In this document: positions 1 through 7,107 of the stretch, in pieces
How the letters are laid out: each line of letters starts with the position of its first letter
Position numbering within the stretch: position 1 is the first letter of the stretch
Assembly: GCA_963798085.1 (NCBI GenBank)
Contig: CAWCRS010000006.1
Coordinates: 1-50,859, forward strand
DNA: 50,859 nt
DNA from: an uncultured Gemmatimonadales bacterium
GTDB lineage: Bacteria; Gemmatimonadota; Gemmatimonadetes; Longimicrobiales; RSA9
Direction: 5' to 3'
Made by a program: the position numbers and the translations under genes
Notes under the pieces: model-generated
What the model was told of the DNA's origin: nothing
Database searches by the model: none
What the model saw: the letters and a program-made list of their open reading frames with translations, nothing else

Positions 1-733
1 AGCCCTTCGCAGATCAATGGGCATTCTTGTCTTCACTGCAGCGAATGGAGCCGCCAACGATCGACGCGATCGCCGGCAACGCGAGACGTAGTCGCGCGCG
101 CGCCGTTCGACCACAAACTCATCGTGCGCGAGACCACGTTTCGGCAGATTCGGGAATCCGACCACGGCGGAATTCAGGACCTGTGCCGTGATCTTGCGAA
201 TGATGGCGCCCGGAACGACCGCATTCTCGATGACGTTATCGCAGCGGTCCACCAGGGCCGTTCACCTCTCCTGCTCACTGAGCGGAAGGATCACCTCGAA
301 TTCCTTGCGCAGCGTCTCCGGCGATTCGTGAAGCACATCGTGGTGCTCCAAGGTGGGATGTCGGCGAAGCAACGGCGGAGCGCGCTGCAACGAACGCCTG
401 ATACTTGCGACCGGACGCTACATCGGCGAGGGCTTCGACGATGCGCGGTTGGACACACTGTTCCTTGCGCTGCCCATATCGTGGAAGGGAACGCTGATCC
501 AGTACAGCGGCAGGCTTCACCGACACCACACGGACAAGCGCGAAGTCCGCATCTACGACTACGTGGATCGGGAAGTTCCGATGCTGCTCCGCATGTTCGA
601 GAAGCGCCTTCGAACCTGGCGCGCGATCGGCTATGCGCGCGGCGAAGCTCCGCTCGGATGCGCGGAGCCAGCGCGCGAACTGACGATCGAGTACGACGAC
701 GAGGAGCTTCGTCATTTCGCGGAGGTCGAATGA
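1..733 (+). pseudogene. Remnant of a TOTE-type AEP primase/SF2 (DEAD/DEAH-box) helicase gene; 5'-truncated by the window, internally deleted and frameshifted
   Basis: Frame 3 reads PFADQWAFLSSLQRM (post-primase segment). Frame 1 then reads PFDHKLIVRETTF...RNDRILDDV...GRSPLLLTERKDHL. Frame 2 reads ERLILATGRYIGEGFDDARLDTLFLALPISWKGTLIQYSGRLHR...VRIYDYVD (helicase C-terminal motifs). Walker A and the DExH motif are absent between these segments. Confidence 0.75.
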
Positions 734-1080
734 TGCCACGTCGGCCAGCCTCGAGCGACCAATGGCCGCCGAGCAAGTCACGAATCCGAGCGCTCATCGA
801 GGAAGCCATCGTCGACGCGTATGGTGAAGAGGAGCAGCGAACAGGCTTCTTCACCATGCTCGAAGAACATCTCGCGGTGCCATTCGAAACCGAGATCCTT
901 GGAATTCCCATTGCAGTCAAGGGAATCGAGCTCACCGACGATGGGCAGATCGTCGCGATCTGCTCGCGCGGACGCTTGCGCCAGCGAATCTCGATTCTCG
1001 ATCTGCCATTGTCGCGGCCCGTGCCTGACGGCGCCGAGTGGATCGACGCGTACCGAGCGTGGGCTCGTGCCCGGGGATGA
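730..1080 (+). CDS. CcbP-like (calcium-binding family) small protein
   Basis: GGAGG at 721-725 and an ATGA overlap with the upstream stop. LIEEAIVDAYGEEEQ..GF..MLEEHL..PF and EWIDAYRAW resemble the CcbP family. Confidence 0.7.
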   Translation: MMPRRPASSDQWPPSKSRIRALIEEAIVDAYGEEEQRTGFFTMLEEHLAVPFETEILGIPIAVKGIELTDDGQIVAICSRGRLRQRISILDLPLSRPVPDGAEWIDAYRAWARARG

Positions 1081-1443
1081 CGCCACGCCCATATTGGCTC
1101 GACCGTCGTGCTCGGTACCGCCACCGCGACTCCATCACCATCGTCACGCCACTCGTGATGGACGCCACGTCGTAGGAATTCCCGGTGTTCCGCTTTGATG
1201 ATCGCGCGTACGGGATATCGACCACACAGCGGTCTTAACACCATGAAGCCACTCGTCACGTGAGCTGGACGGAAAGGAAGGGAGTGCCTGATGGAATCGG
1301 CTGCGGCGGTACCAACGCAAAGGTCGGCCAGCGGAGCAACGCACACGATGGTACTTCGTTTGTCACTCGGCATCCAACGCGTCCTTGAGCTGACAGGACC
1401 GACCGCGCCGTAAATCCTTGATGCCGCAACGGTTGCGCCAGAA

Positions 1444-1515
1444 TGGGCCGGGTGGGGGTCGAACCCACGACCTTGGGCTTAAAAGGCCCCTGCTCTACCG
1501 CTGAGCTACCGGCCC
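1444..1515 (-). tRNA. tRNA-Lys(TTT), CCA not encoded
   Basis: Minus strand reads GGGCCGG-TA-GCTCAGCGGTAGAGC-A-GGGGC-CTTTTAA-GCCCA-AGGTC-GTGGG-TTCGACC-CCCAC-CCGGCCC-A, a cloverleaf with anticodon TTT. Confidence 0.95.
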
Positions 1516-1701
1516 GCAGCAAGCTAGCGGCGCCGACCCGCCGTCTCAACGCCTGCTGCCAATCGGCCGCGCCACGGTTGCTCCCTGCCCGGGGCGTTCC
1601 ACGAAGCGAACAGGAGAATACCGGCCGGCAGCGACGTGACGCTTCGTCGCGCGTCGCGTGCGCGTCCACCTCTCACGATGTCGTCACCTCGGCTCGAGCC
1701 C

Positions 1702-2149
1702 TCACGGCTGCGCGATGTCCTCGTGCAGGCCGGGCTTGCCGCGCAACGCGACATTGTAGCCCATCAGCGCGCCCACAATCGCCGCGGTCATCTGCGCCAG
1801 CACCAGCGCCATGGCGACGGGAGCACCCAGCCCGGTCCAGTTGGGCGTGTGCCAGAGCAGCTGCGCCAGCACGTTGACCGCCACCCACGCCACGATCGAA
1901 GTGACACCCATGCCCGCCGCGTGCAGGATGGGCGCACGGAGCGCACGGAATCCCACGAAGAAGCCGCCCGCCCAGAACCCCGCCACCACGGCGATCAGGC
2001 TGGCCAGGCTGGTGCTGATGCCGGGTGTGTCGTCGCCCAGCCCGCTCGCCAGGAACACGAACACGATCGAGCAATGTGACAGCGATGGCGACGAGCCAGC
2101 CGCCCAGTACGCGGCCCACGGTGACGTTCTGCAGATGCTCAGTGTGCAC
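1702..2149 (-). CDS. Small multi-pass membrane protein, frameshift near 2070
   Basis: GTG start 2 nt after the rnhB stop (MHTEHLQNVTVGRVLGGWLVAIAVT), continuing in the 1702..2064 frame with several hydrophobic helices. Confidence 0.65.
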
Positions 2150-2151
2150 GA

Positions 2152-2853
2152 TCAGCCGAAGAAGTCGAGGTCGAGTTGCAGGTCCGTCTCGAACGAGCGC
2201 CGGTGGTGCGGCGTGTAGCCGAGCGTGAAGATGGCACTGCGGTGCCCGCTCGTCGCATAGCCGGCATTCTCGTCCCAGCCGTACCCGGGATAGTGCGCGG
2301 CGAGTCGCGTCATCAGCCGGTCCCGCACGACCTTCGCGATCACCGATGCGCACGCCACGCAGTGCACTTTGGCGTCGCCATCGATCACGGCGACGTGGCG
2401 CTCGCCCAGCACGGGCACGGGCAGGCCATCGACGATGACGCGTTCCGGGGGAATGCGCAGCCGGGCGATGGCGCGCTGCATGGCCAGGTGTGAAGCCCGC
2501 AGGATGTTCAGGCGGTCGATCTCGCGCGTGCTGGCGGCGCCCACGGCCACGCAAACAGCCTGTTTGCGGATTTCCTCGAAGAGCGCGGCGCGCCGCCTCG
2601 CATCCAGCTTCTTGGAGTCGTCGACGCCGCGGATCGCCGTGCCCGGCGGCAGGATCACGGCCGCGGCCAGCACGGGACCCGCCAGCGGTCCGCGACCCAC
2701 CTCATCGACGCCCGCGATGTACTGCAGGCCGCTGTCCCAGAAGGTACGTTCCAGCTCCAGCAGCCGCTCGAGTCGCCGCTTCTCCGCCCGGCGCCGGCCG
2801 CTCGCCGTTTTCGGCTTTCGCCTCCGTCCCCCGCGGGCCGCGGCGTCGGCCAT
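2152..2853 (-). CDS. rnhB: Ribonuclease HII
   Basis: AGVDEVGRGPLAGPV, DSKKL, DG and ASVIAKVVRD motifs; follows rplS. Confidence 0.96.
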   Translation of the reverse strand: MADAAARGGRRRKPKTASGRRRAEKRRLERLLELERTFWDSGLQYIAGVDEVGRGPLAGPVLAAAVILPPGTAIRGVDDSKKLDARRRAALFEEIRKQAVCVAVGAASTREIDRLNILRASHLAMQRAIARLRIPPERVIVDGLPVPVLGERHVAVIDGDAKVHCVACASVIAKVVRDRLMTRLAAHYPGYGWDENAGYATSGHRSAIFTLGYTPHHRRSFETDLQLDLDFFG

Positions 2854-2868
2854 GTGCGAAGACCGCGA

Positions 2869-3228
2869 CTAGTCCTGCGCGGTCTGCTGCTGCCGGTCGC
2901 GTATCCTCGCCTTCTTGCCGCGCAGCGCGCGCAGGTAATAGAGCTTGGCGCGCCGCACCTGGCCGCGTCGCACCACACTGATGGATTCGATGGACGGCGA
3001 GTGCAGCGGGAAGATGCGCTCGACGCCGATGCCGCTCGAAACCTTGCGCACCGTGAACGACTCGTTCATGCCGCCGTTCTTGCGCGCGATGCACACTCCC
3101 TCGAACGCCTGAATGCGCTCCTTCTCGCCTTCACGCACGCGCACGTTGACGCGCAGGGTGTCACCCGGGGCGAATGACGGCAGGTCCGACCGCATCTGCT
3201 GCTTCTCGATCTCGCGAATGATATCCAT
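2869..3228 (-). CDS. rplS: 50S ribosomal protein L19
   Basis: [25 protein letters not shown] and [10 protein letters not shown]. Confidence 0.98.
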   Translation of the reverse strand: MDIIREIEKQQMRSDLPSFAPGDTLRVNVRVREGEKERIQAFEGVCIARKNGGMNESFTVRKVSSGIGVERIFPLHSPSIESISVVRRGQVRRAKLYYLRALRGKKARIRDRQQQTAQD

Positions 3229-3292
3229 GGCCGTTCTCCTCGTATTGCGCGTGCCCCGACGATCGCGCCCGTTTGCATGGTGTGCGACGCGA

Positions 3293-3988
3293 CTACGCGC
3301 CGTCCGTCTTCGCCTCGTGCTCCGCCCACAGGTCCGGCCGACGCTCGCGCGTCAGCCGCTCCGCCTGCTCCCGGCGCCATGCCGCCACCCGCGCATGATC
3401 GCCCGACAGCAGCACGTCCGGCACGCGCCAGCCGCGGTACGCCGCGGGTCGTGTGTACAATGGCGCGCCTAACAGTCCATCATCATAGAACGAATCCGTG
3501 GCCGCCGCTTCATGTGTGCCCAGCGCCCCGGGCAGCAGCCGCACCACCGCATCCGTGAGCGCCAGCGCGCCGTACTCACCGCCGCTCACAATGAAATCGC
3601 CCAGCGAAAGCTCTTCCGTGGCCAGGTGCTGGGCCACGCGCTGGTCCACATCCTTGTAATGCCCGCACAGCAGCGTCAGCTCCGACTCGAGCGAGAGCCG
3701 GACGGCGTCGTCGTGCACCATGCGCCGGCCACGCGCGGACAGCAGAATCACCGGACCACCCGGACACAGCCGCTCCACGGCTTCGAAGAACGGCTCCGGC
3801 TTCATCACCATGCCGGCACCGCCGCCGAACGGCGTGTCATCCACCGTGCGATGGCGATCGTGCGTGAAGTCCCGCAGATCGATCACGTTGTACTGCACCA
3901 GTCCTTCCACACTCGCGCGCCCCGGTATGCTCAGCGCGAGCGGACCCTCGAAAAACGCGGGGAAGATCGTCACGATATTGATCTTCAT
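3293..3988 (-). CDS. trmD: tRNA (guanine37-N1)-methyltransferase
   Basis: [31 protein letters not shown] and [10 protein letters not shown]. Confidence 0.97.
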   Translation of the reverse strand: MKINIVTIFPAFFEGPLALSIPGRASVEGLVQYNVIDLRDFTHDRHRTVDDTPFGGGAGMVMKPEPFFEAVERLCPGGPVILLSARGRRMVHDDAVRLSLESELTLLCGHYKDVDQRVAQHLATEELSLGDFIVSGGEYGALALTDAVVRLLPGALGTHEAAATDSFYDDGLLGAPLYTRPAAYRGWRVPDVLLSGDHARVAAWRREQAERLTRERRPDLWAEHEAKTDGA

Positions 3989-4068
3989 CGTAGGTCCCCG
4001 CGCTCGAACGGCGTTACTGGGGCTCGGGCCGGGGCCGATGGCTCGGGAACGGATCGAACCGTCTTCCC

Positions 4069-4632
4069 TTACAGGTCCAACAGCCCGGGTGGTGGTTTCA
4101 CCACCAGCTTCCCGGCCTCGATGTCCACGCGCTTCACGATCTGCCGCGAGAGCGGGATCAGGACATCACCGCCGTTCGTCTTCTCGATCTCCAGCAGATC
4201 GGCGGGCGCGCTCTCGTAGATCGTGCGCACGCGGCCGATCACGCCGCCACTTTCATCTTCCACCGCGAGCCCGACCAGCTGGTGGTAGTACCATTCGCCC
4301 TCGGCCGGCGCCGCCAGCGCGACGCGCTCGACCAGCAGATAACGGCCTGTCATCAGCTCCACGGTGTCGCGGTCCATGCGGCCGGTGAAACTCACCAGCA
4401 GGCCACGTTTGAAGGGCCGCGTCCCGTGAATCTCGAGCGCTTCCGGCGCCTCGCCCAGCTCCCCTTCCACCGTTCCCAGCCAGACCGACCTGCCCTCCGC
4501 CAGCACCGCGTCCGGCTGGTCGGTCAGCGGCCAGACGAACACTTCGCCTTTTGTGCCGTGCGCCTTGTTCACCCGGCCGACCACCAGATGGCTCGGCTCC
4601 TGCCTGCCACCCGACGCGGCCGCCACGCTCAA
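4069..4632 (-). CDS. rimM: Ribosome maturation factor RimM
   Basis: VGRVNKAHGTKGEV, EWYYHQLVGL and PPPGLL; located between rpsP and trmD. Confidence 0.95.
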   Translation of the reverse strand: MSVAAASGGRQEPSHLVVGRVNKAHGTKGEVFVWPLTDQPDAVLAEGRSVWLGTVEGELGEAPEALEIHGTRPFKRGLLVSFTGRMDRDTVELMTGRYLLVERVALAAPAEGEWYYHQLVGLAVEDESGGVIGRVRTIYESAPADLLEIEKTNGGDVLIPLSRQIVKRVDIEAGKLVVKPPPGLLDL

Positions 4633-5030
4633 CTCTCGGCCGCCGGCTCGTCCGCAGGTGGCGCCTCCGCCGGTGGCGCTGCGGCAGGCTTCGCCTTGCG
4701 ACCGCCTTTCCGGGCCGGCGCCGCGACAACCGTGGCCCCCTCCGCCTTCGGCTCACCACCCAGCGGCTTCAGCGCCACAGTCCGGTCGCCGCCTCGCCTC
4801 GCCTTGCGCACGAGCGATGCAACCGTGTCCGATAGATTGGCGCCCTTCCCCACCCACGTGTCCACCCGCTCCAGGTCCAGCCGCAACTCCGCCGGCTTGA
4901 GTCGCGGATTGTAGAAGCCCACCGCCTCCAGATACGCCCCGTCACGCGGCGCCTCCGAATCGGTGACCACCACGCGATAGTACGGCTGCGCCTTGCGCCC
5001 CACACGGCGAAGTCTGATGCGAACCGGCAT
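4629..5030 (-). CDS. rpsP: 30S ribosomal protein S16 with Ala/Pro/Lys-rich C-terminal extension
   Basis: MPVRIRLRRVGRKAQPYYRVVVTDSEAPRDG; start placed at the ATG at 5030. Confidence 0.97.
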   Translation of the reverse strand: MPVRIRLRRVGRKAQPYYRVVVTDSEAPRDGAYLEAVGFYNPRLKPAELRLDLERVDTWVGKGANLSDTVASLVRKARRGGDRTVALKPLGGEPKAEGATVVAAPARKGGRKAKPAAAPPAEAPPADEPAAES

Positions 5031-5079
5031 TTTTCCTGGTCCTCGTCTCTGTCTGCGTACGTTCCGACTGCGTTCCCGC

Positions 5080-6426
5080 CTAGACGCCCCCCGGCATCCC
5101 GAAACTTCCCAACCCCATGCCCTTGGGCCCGCCAAAACCCTTCATCTGTTTTACCAGCTTCTGCATCTGCTTGAACTGGTCCATCAGGCGATTCACTTCC
5201 TGCACGGTGCGGCCGGAGCCTTTGGCGATGCGCACGCGGCGCGAGCCGTTCAGGATGTCCGGGCGCCGACGCTCCTGCGGTGTCATCGAGAGAATGATCG
5301 CTTCCACGTGCTTGATGCGCCGCGGATCGACCTTCGCGTCCTTGAGTAACTTGCTGTTAACGCCGGGCACCATCTTGAGCAGTCCTTCGAGCGGGCCCAG
5401 CTTCTGCAGCTGCCGCGACACGGTCAGGAAGTCCTCGAGATCGAATTTCCCTTCCTTCGCGACCTTCTTTTCCAGCTTCTTCGCCTGATCCTCGTCGAAG
5501 GCCATCTGCGCCTTCTCGACCAGGCCCAGTACATCGCCCTGCTGCAGGATGCGCCCGGCCATGCGGAACGGGTCGAAGACCTCGAGGCCGTCCACCCGCT
5601 CGCCCGTGCCCACGAACTTGATGGGCACGCCGGTCACCCCGCGGATGGACAACGCCGCGCCGCCGCGGGCATCGCCATCCAGCTTGGTGAGAATCACGCC
5701 GGTCAGCTCGAGCGCCTCGTGGAAACCCTGCGCAATGCGCACTGCTTCCTGCCCGATCATGGCGTCCACCACCAGCAGTGTCTCGGACGGCTTCACTGCT
5801 TCGCGTACGCGGCGCAGCTCGTCCATGAGCTCGGCATCGATCTGCAGGCGACCGGCCGTGTCCAGGATCACACTCCGGTTGCGCGCCGACCTCGCCTGCT
5901 CCACCGCCCACGCCGCCAGCTTCGCCACGTCCTTCGCGTCGCGATCCGCCAGCACAGGCACGGATATCTGGCGCCCCAGCGTCTCCAGCTGATCGATGGC
6001 CGCGGGCCGGTACGGGTCCAATGCGACGAGGGCCGGCGCCCGACCTTCCCGCACCATCCGCTTCGCCAGCTTCGCCGCCGTCGTCGTCTTGCCCGAGCCC
6101 TGCAGCCCCACGAGCATCACCACTGTCGGCGGAATCGCCGCGACCTTCAGCCCCTCCGGCCGCTCACCCAGCATCGTGACCAGCTCGTCGTGCACGATCT
6201 TCACGATCTGCTGGCCCGGCTGCACCGACTTGAGCACGCGCTCGCCGGTGGCCTTTTCTTCCACACGGCCGAGGAACTCGCGCACGAGCTGGAAATTGAC
6301 GTCCGCCTCGAGCAGCACCCGGCGGATGTCCCGGAGCCCTTCCCGGATCATCGGCTCGGTCAGCAGCCCCCGCTGCCGCAACCGCCCCAGGACCGACTCC
6401 AGTTTCTCCGAAAGCTCGTCAAACAT
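5080..6426 (-). CDS. ffh: Signal recognition particle protein
   Basis: GLQGSGKTTT, DTAGR, TKLDGDARGG and the M-domain SMTPQER. Confidence 0.98.
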   Translation of the reverse strand: MFDELSEKLESVLGRLRQRGLLTEPMIREGLRDIRRVLLEADVNFQLVREFLGRVEEKATGERVLKSVQPGQQIVKIVHDELVTMLGERPEGLKVAAIPPTVVMLVGLQGSGKTTTAAKLAKRMVREGRAPALVALDPYRPAAIDQLETLGRQISVPVLADRDAKDVAKLAAWAVEQARSARNRSVILDTAGRLQIDAELMDELRRVREAVKPSETLLVVDAMIGQEAVRIAQGFHEALELTGVILTKLDGDARGGAALSIRGVTGVPIKFVGTGERVDGLEVFDPFRMAGRILQQGDVLGLVEKAQMAFDEDQAKKLEKKVAKEGKFDLEDFLTVSRQLQKLGPLEGLLKMVPGVNSKLLKDAKVDPRRIKHVEAIILSMTPQERRRPDILNGSRRVRIAKGSGRTVQEVNRLMDQFKQMQKLVKQMKGFGGPKGMGLGSFGMPGGV

Positions 6427-6504
6427 CGCCTGATGCCTCGTGGAATGAGCCCGGAAACCTAGCGGTTTCGACGGGAAGGCTCAAGGTAGGAAATACGATA
6501 CGCC

Positions 6505-6810
6505 GTGGCTTGGGCTGGTTGCTGGGCCTGGTTGCTCGGGAACGGCGTTGAACGGATGATCGCGTTTCTGGGGCTCGGGCTTGGCTCTGGCTGGGAACTC
6601 ACGATGAGTTCGGTCGCGCCGTCTGTTTCGTCTCCACTCTTTCCGGCGTCCGGGGAAAGCGCGTTGCGCGCGCTGAGCGACGGATACTCGAATCCGGCCC
6701 AAAACCGGATGTTGAAGTTCCCAGCGCGCGCCCCAGCCCCTGAAACGCAGTCATCCGTTCAACGCCGTTCCCCAGCAAACAGCCCGAGCCCCAGCCCCTG
6801 AAACGCAGTC
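6505..6810. repeat. REP-like cluster of nested inverted and direct repeats
   Basis: Perfect 22-bp inverted repeat 6538-6559/6751-6772, 10-bp inverted repeat 6590-6599/6716-6725, and 23-bp direct repeat 6730-6752/6788-6810. Confidence 0.8.
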
Positions 6811-7107
6811 GTAGTCGCAGGTGTCACAAAACCCGGCCCTCGGACGTTACGCAAATTGGTAGCCCTGAACCTTGTTGCTGTTCTTCATCAGGGCCATCAG
6901 CGCAGCACCCCGAAAAAAGCAGTCCTGCTGTAGCCGGGCCGGTGGGCCGAAGGGCACTGCCGGCTTGAACAGGAAGGCGGGTTTGAGACCCGTCGGCCCC
7001 GAAAACTGATTCGCTCGAACCGGGAGACGCATCGCGCGCGCCCCTCGGGGACGGCGTTTTTCGCCGGGAGTGGTTCCCGGCCACCATCCCACGCCAGAGG
7101 AGGGGAT

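Larger units (their letters stand above)
1..1443. mobile_element. Probable terminal part of a genomic island integrated at the tRNA-Lys 3' end
   Basis: Accessory and decayed genes lie directly 3' of the tRNA, with housekeeping genes on its other side. No integrase or second att copy is visible in the window. Confidence 0.5.

Noticed and set aside
124..1080. Single 318-aa helicase-CcbP fusion
   Set aside because: Artefact of a frameshift. The helicase continues in another frame to 733, and the CcbP-like gene has its own RBS and ATG at 730.
1470..1492. G-A mismatch at the top of the tRNA anticodon stem as a sign of a pseudo-tRNA
   Set aside because: Mismatches at 27-43 are tolerated and all other elements are canonical.
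4629..4780. S16 C-terminal extension as a novelty
   Set aside because: Ala/Pro/Glu/Lys-rich S16 tails are well known in several phyla.
6505..6810. Possible CRISPR array or protein-coding ORF (6505..6801)
   Set aside because: Only two direct copies plus inverted copies, no regular spacer series and no cas genes. The ORF merely translates the repeats.
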